From assembly GCA_964416895.1 (NCBI GenBank), contig CAYQGB010000001.1, positions 7,065-71,064 of the forward strand: 64,000 nucleotides of DNA, written 5' to 3'. Positions 1 through 8,437 of the stretch are shown one piece after another. The translations under genes and the position numbers were made by a program. A model generated the notes under the pieces. That model was not told the DNA's origin. It saw only the letters and a list, made by a program, of their open reading frames with translations, and searched no databases. Within the stretch, counting starts at the first letter, position 1. Every line of letters starts with the position of its first letter. This stretch comes from an uncultured Calditrichaceae bacterium (GTDB lineage: Bacteria > Calditrichota > Calditrichia > RBG-13-44-9 > J075).

Positions 1-1413
1 GGCCATCTGGTGCTCAGCACCCTGCACACCAACGATGCCTTCGCCACCCTTACCCGCCTGATGGATATGGGAGTGGATGCGGTGAAAGCCGGAGAAGCCA
101 TCCAGGCAGTGATTGCCCAGCGGCTGGTACGGCGCCTGTGCCCCCAATGCCGCCTGGAAACCGAACCGGATGAAATGGAAAAAAAGCTCATCCCGTTGAT
201 GAAGCGGCTCAACTGTGAACCCCGCTTCTTCCGGGCCAGGGGATGTCCCCATTGTGGATTTACCGGATATAAGGGGCGTACCGGGGTGTACGAAATCCTC
301 ATTCTGGACAATGACCTGAAGGCCATGATCCTGCGGCAAGCCCCCCTGTATGAGGTGCGCAAGGCCGCCCGGGAAAAGGGATTTCGCAATCTGTACGAAG
401 ATGCCCTGAACCTGATCAGCGAGGGCATCACCGATTATCGGGAAGTGCTGCGGGTGATTCATCCCGACAGTGATCAGGCGGTGGAACTGGAGGCGATGGA
501 GCCGGTATCGGCAGCCCCGGCGCCGGCGGAGGAACCGTTGCAGGAAGTAAAACCCCCGACAGAGGAAGCCCCGCTCCCGGTCACAGAGCGCGAATCTCTC
601 GCGGAGGCGCCGCCCCCCGACACCGCCCGGAGCGAATCGGCATCGGCCACCCTCTTGCTGGTGGAAGACAGCCGCACGCTGCGCGCCATCGCTCGAAAAT
701 TCCTGGAAGCCAAAACCAACTGGAAGGTACTGGAAGCCGCCGATGGCCTGGAGGGCCTGAACGTCCTGGAACACCATTCGGTGGATGCCATCGTGCTGGA
801 TTTGAAAATGCCCCACATGGACGGGTTCGAGTTTCTGGAACGCATCCGGGGAAATCCTTCCACGGCCGGGATCCCGGTGGTGATTCTGTCGGGGATGGAA
901 GGAGAATACATCACCCGGGGCATGAAACTGGGCGCGGACGACTATCTCATCAAGCCGTTCGACGGGCAGGCCCTGATCGAGAAAATACGAAATCTTCTGG
1001 ATCGCTCCCGCATCTTGATTGTGGAAGATAACAAGACCATGCGCAAGATGGCCCGGCGGATCATCGAAAAGAAGACCGCCTGGCAGGTGTACGAGGCGGA
1101 AGACGGCCTTCAGGCCCTGGAATTCCTCAAAGATCACCCGGTGGACGCCATCGTGCTGGATCTAATGATGCCCAATATGGACGGATTCGAGTTTTTGCAG
1201 CATCTCCGATTTAACCCGGAGACCGCGCTGATCCCGGTGCTGATCGTCACCGCTCTGGAAGGAGAGGACAGCGAACTCAAGAGTCTGGAGCTGGGAGCAG
1301 ATGACTACCTGGTAAAGCCCTATAAAGCCAGTATTTTAATTGCCCGCCTGCGACGGCTGCTGGAACGGGCCGGGGAAATCCGGCAAAAGGGGAAATCCGT
1401 TAAAGCCGCCTGA
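1..1413 (+). CDS. pilB: Type IV pilus / T2SS assembly ATPase (PilB/GspE family), C-terminal part (5' end lies outside the window), fused to two tandem CheY-like receiver (REC) domains
   Basis: Frame 1 translation begins GHLVLSTLHTNDA, the conserved GspE/PilB C-terminal motif. It is followed by the tetracysteine zinc-finger CPQC...CPHC-GFTGYKGRTGVYEIL. A P/E/A-rich linker then leads to two ~120 aa modules with the canonical REC signatures (VED...IVLDLKMP...ILSG...YLIKPF and IVED...IVLDLMMP...IVTA...YLVKPY). The ORF is open to position 1. Confidence 0.85.
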   Translation, partial: GHLVLSTLHTNDAFATLTRLMDMGVDAVKAGEAIQAVIAQRLVRRLCPQCRLETEPDEMEKKLIPLMKRLNCEPRFFRARGCPHCGFTGYKGRTGVYEILILDNDLKAMILRQAPLYEVRKAAREKGFRNLYEDALNLISEGITDYREVLRVIHPDSDQAVELEAMEPVSAAPAPAEEPLQEVKPPTEEAPLPVTERESLAEAPPPDTARSESASATLLLVEDSRTLRAIARKFLEAKTNWKVLEAADGLEGLNVLEHHSVDAIVLDLKMPHMDGFEFLERIRGNPSTAGIPVVILSGMEGEYITRGMKLGADDYLIKPFDGQALIEKIRNLLDRSRILIVEDNKTMRKMARRIIEKKTAWQVYEAEDGLQALEFLKDHPVDAIVLDLMMPNMDGFEFLQHLRFNPETALIPVLIVTALEGEDSELKSLELGADDYLVKPYKASILIARLRRLLERAGEIRQKGKSVKAA

Positions 1414-1461
1414 AAGCCGCCGATAATTAAGTATCCGGTTAAAAAGGAGTTGGAGAGGGAT

Positions 1462-2232
1462 ATGGAAGTCCTGTTAGGGATCACCGGGGCGGTGATCGGC
1501 AGCTTTTTGAATGTATGCATCTATCGGATTCCCAGAGGGCAATCGCTGATCCGCCCGGGTTCCCGATGCCCCTCCTGCCTGACTCCCATCCCCTTTTATC
1601 TCAACGTGCCCATTCTTTCGTATGTGATGCTGCGGGGCCGGTGCCATGCCTGCCGACGGCCAATCCCTTCACGCTATCCTCTGGTAGAAATTATTTCCGC
1701 CGCCTTAACCCTGGCCACCTACTGGCGGTTCGGGTTGACCGCTCCGTTTTTCTTCTACCTGATTTTCATCTACTTCCTGATCGTGATCAGCTTTATCGAT
1801 CTGGATACTCAATTGATCCATAACCGCCTGCTGCTGACGCTGCTGATCAGTGGGGTGGTATTGAACGCCGTGTTAGCGGTACATCCCTGGAAGGAGAGTT
1901 TCCTGGGATTCCTGGTGGGCGGGGGCACCCTGCTGGCCTGCGCGATTCTGGGAAAACTGCTTTTCCACAAAGAGGCCCTGGGCATGGGGGATGTCAAGCT
2001 GGCCGCCGTGGCAGGCTTCTTTCTGGGATGGAAAATGGTGGTGTACGCTCTGGGGTTTTCCTTTTTCCTCACCTTAATCCTGCTGATTCTGGCCCTGCCG
2101 TTTACTCGGTGGCGATGGGGGCAGTATATCCCCTTCGGACCGTTTCTGGCCCTGGGATGGATCATCTTTGTGTACTGGGGATCGCAACTGGTTCGATGGT
2201 ACTGGCAATATCTCATCGTGTATCCGGGATGA
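1462..2232 (+). CDS. pilD: Prepilin peptidase (A24 family, PilD/GspO)
   Basis: N-terminal Zn-binding CPSC...CHAC domain. Polytopic membrane profile. The GMGDVKLAAVAGFFLGW motif is typical of PilD. GGAG lies 6 nt upstream of ATG 1462; TTG 1450 is the alternative start. Confidence 0.85.
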   Translation: MEVLLGITGAVIGSFLNVCIYRIPRGQSLIRPGSRCPSCLTPIPFYLNVPILSYVMLRGRCHACRRPIPSRYPLVEIISAALTLATYWRFGLTAPFFFYLIFIYFLIVISFIDLDTQLIHNRLLLTLLISGVVLNAVLAVHPWKESFLGFLVGGGTLLACAILGKLLFHKEALGMGDVKLAAVAGFFLGWKMVVYALGFSFFLTLILLILALPFTRWRWGQYIPFGPFLALGWIIFVYWGSQLVRWYWQYLIVYPG

Positions 2233-2243
2233 CGGAGGAGGAT

Positions 2244-3443
2244 ATGCCCAATTTTAAGTATAAAGCCATTGACCCGGAGGGCAAAATCTTAGAAAGCCAG
2301 CTCAGCGCGGCGGATAAGATTGAGGTCATCCAGCAACTGCGCAACCTCAATCTGGTCACGCTGGAAATCCATAAAGCCGAAAAAACCGGGCCTAAGGCGG
2401 GTCGAAAAAATATCAAGAAAAAGCAGCTTATCCAGTTCACCAAGCAACTGCACACCCTGTTGAAGGCGGGGATCCCGGTTGTGCAATGCCTGCAATTGAT
2501 CCGGGAACAGCATGAGGAGCCGGCGTTTCAGGCGGTGGTAGAAGCACTGGCGACGAAGGTGAGCCAGGGAAGTGCCCTGTCGGAAGCGATGAGCGCTTTT
2601 CCCAAACTGTTTCCGCCCATCTACGTGAACTCGGTGCGAATCGGCGAGATCAGCGGCACCCTCGACGACACCCTGGCCTATCTGTACCGCTATCTGGAAG
2701 ATGAAGAGCAAATTCGCAAGGACGTGAAGAAAGCGCTGCGCTATCCCACGATTGTGCTTCTGGCGATTATCGGGGCGTTCGTGGTGTTCGTCAGCTTCGT
2801 GATCCCCGCCTTCAAACCCATATTCGAGATGACCGGCGCAGAACTCCCCCTGCCCACCCGGATTCTTCTGGGAATTAGCGATCTGGTCACCCACCACGGC
2901 TTGTTGCTGCTGGTGGGGGTTGGATTAAGCACGGCGGGAATCCTGTACTACAAACGCACTCCCGCCGGCCGGGCCCTGTTCGACCGGTGGATGCTGCGGC
3001 TGCCTCTGGTGGGAGAATTCGTGAAGAAAGTGGCCCTGACCCGGTTCGCCAAGATTTTCCACACCCTCAACCGTACCGGCGTGCCGGTGGTGCAGGCGTT
3101 TGAGATGCTGGCCGAGGCCATGGAAAATACGGTCTATCAGCAGGAATTGAGGAAAGTGCTGGAATACATGAAAGCGGGGGAAGGCATCGCCGCCTCCCTG
3201 GCGAAAAGCCCTTACTTCAGCCATTTGATGATCGAGATGATCACCATCGGGGAACGCTCCGGCTCCCTGGATGAAATGCTGGAAACCGTAATTCAGCACT
3301 ACGAACGAGAAGTCAGCGACGCCCTGCAGCGCCTGACCGCCTCCATCGAACCCATTACCACGGTGTTGATCGGAGGAATGGTGCTATTCCTGGCGCTGTC
3401 GGTATTGCTGCCATTGTGGGACACCATGATGCTGGTAAAATAA
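2244..3443 (+). CDS. pilC: Type IV pilus / T2SS inner-membrane platform protein (PilC/GspF family)
   Basis: About 400 aa with two GspF-type repeats (LxxGxP...TLDxxL motifs) and three TM segments. GGAGGAGG lies just upstream of ATG 2244. It overlaps the pilD stop, which suggests translational coupling. Confidence 0.85.
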   Translation: MPNFKYKAIDPEGKILESQLSAADKIEVIQQLRNLNLVTLEIHKAEKTGPKAGRKNIKKKQLIQFTKQLHTLLKAGIPVVQCLQLIREQHEEPAFQAVVEALATKVSQGSALSEAMSAFPKLFPPIYVNSVRIGEISGTLDDTLAYLYRYLEDEEQIRKDVKKALRYPTIVLLAIIGAFVVFVSFVIPAFKPIFEMTGAELPLPTRILLGISDLVTHHGLLLLVGVGLSTAGILYYKRTPAGRALFDRWMLRLPLVGEFVKKVALTRFAKIFHTLNRTGVPVVQAFEMLAEAMENTVYQQELRKVLEYMKAGEGIAASLAKSPYFSHLMIEMITIGERSGSLDEMLETVIQHYEREVSDALQRLTASIEPITTVLIGGMVLFLALSVLLPLWDTMMLVK

Positions 3444-3512
3444 AAAAGGAGTCTGCCACATGGAGTGGCGGAACAGCTTCACCCCAAAACCCAATACAAG
3501 GAGGTAGTTGCT

Positions 3513-3866
3513 ATGATCGCATTACGCAGTCAGAAGGGTTTCACCATGCTGGAACTGGTGATCGTGCTGGTGATTATCGCCACGCTGGCCGGTATCGGTG
3601 TGCCCAAATATCTGAGCATGCAGAAGCAGGCCCAGATTGCCGCGGATAAGGCCAACCGGGCAGCCATCCAGACCGCCATCATGAATCGGTATGTGGATAA
3701 GATCAATCGGGGCGACAGAGTGACCATGCAGGATATTGTCAACCAGTTCAACAGCAATCCCAATTCCTTCTTCCCCACCGGGAAAGTTCCCAATCCGCCC
3801 ACGGATATTAAGAAGCGCTATAAAGCCCGGATTCGGAACGATCGCATCGAAGTCTACATCCAGTAG
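3513..3866 (+). CDS. Type IV pilin / major pseudopilin with class III signal peptide
   Basis: N-terminus MIALRSQKG|FTMLELVIVLVIIATLAGIGVP is a prepilin cleavage/methylation motif: G at -1, F at +1, E at +5, followed by a hydrophobic helix. AAGGAGG lies 8 nt upstream of the ATG. The protein is about 118 aa. Confidence 0.8.
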   Translation: MIALRSQKGFTMLELVIVLVIIATLAGIGVPKYLSMQKQAQIAADKANRAAIQTAIMNRYVDKINRGDRVTMQDIVNQFNSNPNSFFPTGKVPNPPTDIKKRYKARIRNDRIEVYIQ

Positions 3867-3869
3867 AGG

Positions 3870-4298
3870 ATGAGGGTGCAGAGGGCAGTTGGAAAGCTGC
3901 TGCATGCTGCCGGGATGGAGCAGGGTCTATCTCTGTTGGAGATGGTGGTCATCATCGCCATCGCAGGGGTTACCCTGCCCATCCTGTTTTTATCCTTTGG
4001 TCAGGCCAATCAAACTCACCTCCAGAATCGGGTGATGCGGCAGTGCGTTAGCCTGGCCGCCAGCCGTATGGAACAGATCATCGCGTTCAAAGAAAACACG
4101 CCCGGTTGGGAAACCACGATTCAGCAATTCGCCGCAACGGAGGTGATCGACAGCCTCTATGTGCGGGAGACCCGGATAGCTCCCATCACCGGATGGGGCA
4201 GTGCCAACCTGAAGGCGGTGGAAGTTCAGGTGCGGGTGACGCATCCGGCGCTATCCGGGGGGTACTCACTGGTGTTGAGACTGAGAGAATCCGGCTAA
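3870..4298 (+). CDS. Minor pilin / pseudopilin (GspH/I-like), prepilin-type N-terminus
   Basis: QG|LSLLEMVVIIAIAG motif with E at +5 and a hydrophobic helix. The start is either ATG 3870 or ATG 3915. It sits directly after the pilin gene. Confidence 0.6.
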   Translation: MRVQRAVGKLLHAAGMEQGLSLLEMVVIIAIAGVTLPILFLSFGQANQTHLQNRVMRQCVSLAASRMEQIIAFKENTPGWETTIQQFAATEVIDSLYVRETRIAPITGWGSANLKAVEVQVRVTHPALSGGYSLVLRLRESG

Positions 4299-4307
4299 CA
4301 TCCGGCT

Positions 4308-4793
4308 ATGAAAACTTCTCCGGAAAAAGCGGTCAATGCCCGGGGGGCTACTCTGCTGGAAGTGGTGGTGGCTCTGAGCGTGGGCCTGACGCTTCTGACC
4401 GTACTGGTCCAGGTGGTTTTTCTAAGCAGTCGGGCGTATTCCCGGCTATATCAGGAGGCCCTGTGGATGGTCGATGTGCAGGAAGCCCAGCGATTGCTGT
4501 ATCGGGATTTGCAGCCGCTCTCCCCCGGAGATGTTCAGCAAATGGAAGAGGGGCGATTGGTGTTTACCGGTTCCGGGGGAGAGCAGGTGACCTATAGCTT
4601 TGAGGATAGCGCCCTGGTACGCAACGATGACGTGCTGGTGAAATTTTTGAAACGCTGGCCCCTGGAATATCTGGATGCTTCCGGGCAATCCACCACTCAA
4701 CCGGCGAACCTGACCTTTGTCCGGATTCACTGGGAAATTGAAAACGGGGGCTGGCGCCTTGAGCTGGAAGAGGATCTCTACGTGCGCAATTGA
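4308..4793 (+). CDS. Minor pilin / pseudopilin (GspJ/PilW-like), prepilin-type N-terminus
   Basis: N-terminus MKTSPEKAVNARG|ATLLEVVVALSVGLTLL matches the prepilin peptidase recognition pattern. Size is about 160 aa. Confidence 0.6.
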   Translation: MKTSPEKAVNARGATLLEVVVALSVGLTLLTVLVQVVFLSSRAYSRLYQEALWMVDVQEAQRLLYRDLQPLSPGDVQQMEEGRLVFTGSGGEQVTYSFEDSALVRNDDVLVKFLKRWPLEYLDASGQSTTQPANLTFVRIHWEIENGGWRLELEEDLYVRN

Positions 4794-4858
4794 GGTCGGG
4801 GGGGTGAATCCCGGAGTGTTCCAGAAAACCGGGGAGTACAGGGAAAAACCAAAGGATT

Positions 4859-4914
4859 GCAAATTTTAAAGTGCAAAATGCAAAGTGCAAAACGCAACAG
4901 GCAACAGGCAACAT
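4859..4914 (+). repeat. Degenerate heptanucleotide tandem repeat (8 x 7 bp): gcaaatt ttaaagt gcaaaat gcaaagt gcaaaac gcaacag gcaacag gcaacat
   Basis: Read directly from the sequence. It lies at the 5' end of, and inside the N-terminal coding part of, the GspK/PilX-like ORF. Confidence 0.7.
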
Positions 4915-5396
4915 CAGGGTTGAGAAACGAGAACCGGGGATTTGGAAAAATATTTTGGGTTCCAAAATGCCGGTCAGGATTATCCGGCCAGCAAGGCAGC
5001 ATCCAGTTGTTGATGCTGGTGTGGATCGTGATTCTGTCTGCGTTTTTCCTGGCCCTGTCCCGGTTTATCCATTCCGAAACCGAGGGACAGTTTTTTCAGG
5101 CCCGGGAGCGTAAGGCGTTCTATGCCGCGCAATCGGGGCTGGAATACGGGATCGGGCGCTTCCTCCGCAGCGATCCGGCCCAACTCTCCGATTGGAGCGA
5201 GACGGTAGACACCGGGGATTCCACCACCTGCGAGGTGATCGCCCGGCTGTTGCCGGGCAACCGGGCCTTAATTCAGGCTACCGGCCACGTGGAGGCCTAT
5301 AGCCGTTCGCTTCAGGTGCAAATTCAATATCGCAATCCCGGCGGGGGCGCCCCGATTCAGATTGAGCAGATCATCTGGAAGTATGTGGGGTGGTAG
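4878..5396 (+). CDS. GspK/PilX-like minor pilin (no Glu at +5); start codon uncertain
   Basis: The segment ...SGQQG|SIQLLMLVWIVILSAFFLALSRF resembles GspK/PilX N-termini (RQRG|VALLxVLxxL, lacking E5). The only in-frame starts are TTG 4857 and ATG 4878, and both lie within the heptad repeat. The gene sits between the pseudopilins and pilM. Confidence 0.45.
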   Translation: MQSAKRNRQQATSGLRNENRGFGKIFWVPKCRSGLSGQQGSIQLLMLVWIVILSAFFLALSRFIHSETEGQFFQARERKAFYAAQSGLEYGIGRFLRSDPAQLSDWSETVDTGDSTTCEVIARLLPGNRALIQATGHVEAYSRSLQVQIQYRNPGGGAPIQIEQIIWKYVGW

Positions 5397-5702
5397 GACG
5401 GGCATCTCTGCCTGTCGCAGCAACGGTCGCTTTTTCGGTAAACTTCACGGCTTCTTTGAGCATTCTGCGGTTGGATAGCATAAACCAGTTGATAAGGGAC
5501 AAAATTGGCGGCAGCGACACTCCATAAACCGACCATTGAATCACCCGGGGAAGAAACGGCGCTTCGTCCCCCTCCGGAACAGACCGGGGAAATCCCCCGG
5601 AGCACCAACGGGCATTTGACCGTATCCGGGAGTGAGGGAACCGTTTCCCCGGTAGAGCCGATAGTGGTCGGTTTCGGGGGACGTTTTTCCCAACCCCTTC
5701 GC

Positions 5703-7331
5703 ATGCTGTCCCGTGACTATCTTGCCGTCGATCTCCATCACGACCGCCTTCAATACGTACATTTCCAGAAGTTTCGCGCCGCGTTACGGGCGGTGGATTT
5801 CGGGGAGATGGCTCTGCCCCGGGAGTGGATCGGCGATCCCGCCGCCCTCACCGAAGCGCTCCGGGGGCTGCCGGAAGTGGCCCGTAAGGCATCCACCATA
5901 CTGACGGTGGGCTATTTCAGCCCCGCCATGCACCTGCGGGAAGTGGTACTGCCGGAGATCAAACGCCCCGCCGATCTGGTTCGGGCTATCGGGTTTCAGA
6001 ATACTCACGACCTCCCCCCGATTGACGGCCCGGTGGATTGCTGCTATCAAATCGTGGAAACCTTTACCGACGGGAGCCTGAAAAAGCAGCGTCTTCTGGT
6101 GCTGGTGGTTCCCCGTTCGGTGACCGACACCTGCTTAACCGCCTTCATCGACGCCGGGGCCGTTCCCACCCGGTTAATCCCCCGCCCGTTCCTGTTTCAG
6201 GAAGCGTATCGCCGGTTCGTGTCTGCACCGGGGAACGATCTGCTGGTGGAAGTCTCGGAACATTGCAGCACGATCGCCTATTTCCACCACGGGCAATTGC
6301 GATACCTCCGCACCGTGCCGGTGGGGTTTGTGCACATGGATCAAAGTGAATTGCACGCCCGCTCCCTAACCATCGATCCGGATGAACTGGCCCAGCAGGC
6401 GGAGGAAAATGTGTATCCGGAAACGATGGCCGAATCCGACGCCCTGCGGCGGCGATTGCAGCAAAAACTGGCCGAATTGCAGAGCCATCGGAACCCGGCT
6501 TTGCAGCGGTTATACGGGGAAATCTGGCGAACCCTGAAAAACCTTCCCGACGCTTCCTTTGAGCGAATTCTGCTGGCCGGATACGGCGGTCAGGTTCCCC
6601 CCCTGGCCCCTTTCCTGGGAACCATGTTTCACCGCCCCGTGAGCATCCTGGCCCCCCAATTTGATGAACCGGGAGAAGCTTCCCTTTACGCCCAGGGGCA
6701 ATACCTGTTGTCCATCGGCGCGGTGCTCACCGATAGCAAAACGGTGGATCTGCTTCCTTCCCAATACCGGCAACAGCGCACCTATCGCAAATTAAACAAG
6801 TGGCTGCTCATCTGGATGGGGCTGACCCTGGCGGGAATCGGAGCGATCTCCTTTCTGGGCAATCCCTCCCTGCAAATGCGGCAGGAGTTGCTGACCGAAT
6901 ATCAACAGCGGGTAGAACAACTGGAGGCCATCGAAACCGACTACCACCGCCTGTTGAAGGAACTGGAAGCCACCCGGAAGCAAAAGGAGGAGCTGCTAAG
7001 CGCCATCCCCCGGGATGATACCATTCTGCAAATGCTTCGCCTGTTCAGCCGGGAAACGCCCGGAGACATTCGGCTGCGCCGGCTGGAGATTTTCCCGGTG
7101 GAAGCGGAAACCCGGGAGAAAGCAAACGGCTCCCAAAAGCCGGCCGCCGACCACTACGAAATTCGAGTGGAAGGGCAAATTATCGACAACTACTTTCTGG
7201 CCGATCTGGTTTTGCTTAACTACATCAACCATCTGAACAGTTTACAGGTGTTCCGAAGCATTGAATTGCAGCAGGTACACAAGGAACCGGAAGAAAAACG
7301 GTTTGAATTTCAGATAAGCGCCCGGTTATGA
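5703..7331 (+). CDS. PilM-PilN fusion protein (actin-like PilM domain plus TM/coiled-coil PilN domain; GspL-like architecture)
   Basis: The N-terminal domain begins LAVDLHHDRLQYVHF (PilM-like actin fold). A TM helix KWLLIWMGLTLAGIGAISFLG is followed by a coiled-coil typical of PilN/GspL. The ORF is open from 5505; ATG 5703 was chosen with no clear SD. Confidence 0.7.
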   Translation: MLSRDYLAVDLHHDRLQYVHFQKFRAALRAVDFGEMALPREWIGDPAALTEALRGLPEVARKASTILTVGYFSPAMHLREVVLPEIKRPADLVRAIGFQNTHDLPPIDGPVDCCYQIVETFTDGSLKKQRLLVLVVPRSVTDTCLTAFIDAGAVPTRLIPRPFLFQEAYRRFVSAPGNDLLVEVSEHCSTIAYFHHGQLRYLRTVPVGFVHMDQSELHARSLTIDPDELAQQAEENVYPETMAESDALRRRLQQKLAELQSHRNPALQRLYGEIWRTLKNLPDASFERILLAGYGGQVPPLAPFLGTMFHRPVSILAPQFDEPGEASLYAQGQYLLSIGAVLTDSKTVDLLPSQYRQQRTYRKLNKWLLIWMGLTLAGIGAISFLGNPSLQMRQELLTEYQQRVEQLEAIETDYHRLLKELEATRKQKEELLSAIPRDDTILQMLRLFSRETPGDIRLRRLEIFPVEAETREKANGSQKPAADHYEIRVEGQIIDNYFLADLVLLNYINHLNSLQVFRSIELQQVHKEPEEKRFEFQISARL

Positions 7332-7894
7332 AAAAGATTGCCCTGAAACCACAGCGAGTATTTTTGATTCTGGTGATAGGATATATCCTCGGGCTGGGAG
7401 GTTGGTACCTGCTGGTGTATCAGCCCAGAGTACTGGAGGGCCGGGAGATGGATACCGCCTGGGAACAGATTCATCAGGTGCTGGAACGGGTGAACCTGGC
7501 CCTGCACTCCCTGGAAACCACCCGCAAAACGTTGCAGCAGGAAAAAACCGAACTGGCCAACATCCGGGCCGGTTTTATCCGCAGCCAGCACCTTTCCACG
7601 TTTACCCGGTCGGTAGAGGAACTGGCTCAAACCCATCGGTTGAAGCTGGTGGATTTCAGCCCGGCGGTGGAGAATTTTCTTCAGGATTCGGTGAAGACTC
7701 CCGTGCGCCCACTTCCGCTGTCGATGGTGGTGGAAGGACGGTATCTCGACATCGGCGCGTTTCTGGAAGCGTGGCAAAACTTCCCCGTTTATGTGACCAT
7801 CGAAGGCATCGCCATCGAGAAGGTAGAAGGTTCTCCGGTGCGGGTACGGGCAACCGTTCGGGCCAGGTTGTACACCCTGGAGGAACAAGGATGA
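7328..7894 (+). CDS. PilO/GspM-like inner-membrane pilus assembly protein
   Basis: 188 aa with an N-terminal TM segment (VFLILVIGYILGLGGWYLLVY) and a periplasmic coiled-coil plus ferredoxin-like region. Its position between pilMN and pilP fits. The ATG overlaps the pilMN stop (ATGA). Confidence 0.55.
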   Translation: MKKIALKPQRVFLILVIGYILGLGGWYLLVYQPRVLEGREMDTAWEQIHQVLERVNLALHSLETTRKTLQQEKTELANIRAGFIRSQHLSTFTRSVEELAQTHRLKLVDFSPAVENFLQDSVKTPVRPLPLSMVVEGRYLDIGAFLEAWQNFPVYVTIEGIAIEKVEGSPVRVRATVRARLYTLEEQG

Positions 7895-8382
7895 GCGGCG
7901 GTTTCCAGAACATGACCCGGGGCCAGAAGCGGAGCCTTATCCTCCTGCTGCTGGTGCTGGCCTACGGGGTATTCGATTTCATCACCAATCGAGAGGATTA
8001 TCTGGCCTTTTACGCCGGGGAGAAAACCGCCCTGGATATGGCTCTGGACTCCCTGAAGCAAGAAGGGGAAACCCCGGTGGATTCCACGGCCACAGAAGAG
8101 GCGCCGGTTACCACTGTGGTGTACACCGGGGAATGGGGTGAGGATCCCTTTGCCCTTCCGGCCAGGCCTTCCCGTGCCCGAAAGGCTCCTCCGGCGCAGA
8201 AGAGGCGGTTTCGTCTGCGGTTGCGAGGCGTCAGCATCAGTCAGACCCGCTCGGTGGCGCTGATTAACAACGCCGTGGTCAAAGAGGGCGAATACATCGG
8301 GCCGTACCGGGTGGTCAAGATATATCCCGATCGGGTGGTGTTAACCAATGGGCGTGAGCGACGGGTGTTAACGGTGGAATGA
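7891..8382 (+). CDS. PilP/GspC-like protein
   Basis: MSGGFQNMTRGQKRSLILLLLVLAYGV is a signal-anchor. The C-terminus RLRGVSISQTRSVALINNAVVKEGEYIGPYRVVKIYPDRVVLTNGRERRVLTV matches the PilP/GspC secretin-interacting domain pattern. GGAGG lies upstream and the ATG overlaps the pilO stop. Confidence 0.6.
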   Translation: MSGGFQNMTRGQKRSLILLLLVLAYGVFDFITNREDYLAFYAGEKTALDMALDSLKQEGETPVDSTATEEAPVTTVVYTGEWGEDPFALPARPSRARKAPPAQKRRFRLRLRGVSISQTRSVALINNAVVKEGEYIGPYRVVKIYPDRVVLTNGRERRVLTVE

Positions 8383-8437
8383 ACCGGGGAACCGGGTCAG
8401 TATATCTCGACAGGTTGGGAAAAACGGAGAAACGGAG

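Noticed and set aside
474-923. 149-aa minus-strand ORF inside the pilB-REC gene
   Set aside because: It is antisense to a strongly supported coding region, with low-complexity A/S/G-rich translation typical of shadow ORFs in GC-rich DNA.
7402-8382. 326-aa plus-strand ORF overlapping pilO in another frame
   Set aside because: Its first two thirds are a Gly/Arg/Pro-rich alternate-frame read-through of pilO. Only the part from ATG 7891 onward (PilP-like, with RBS) is credible.
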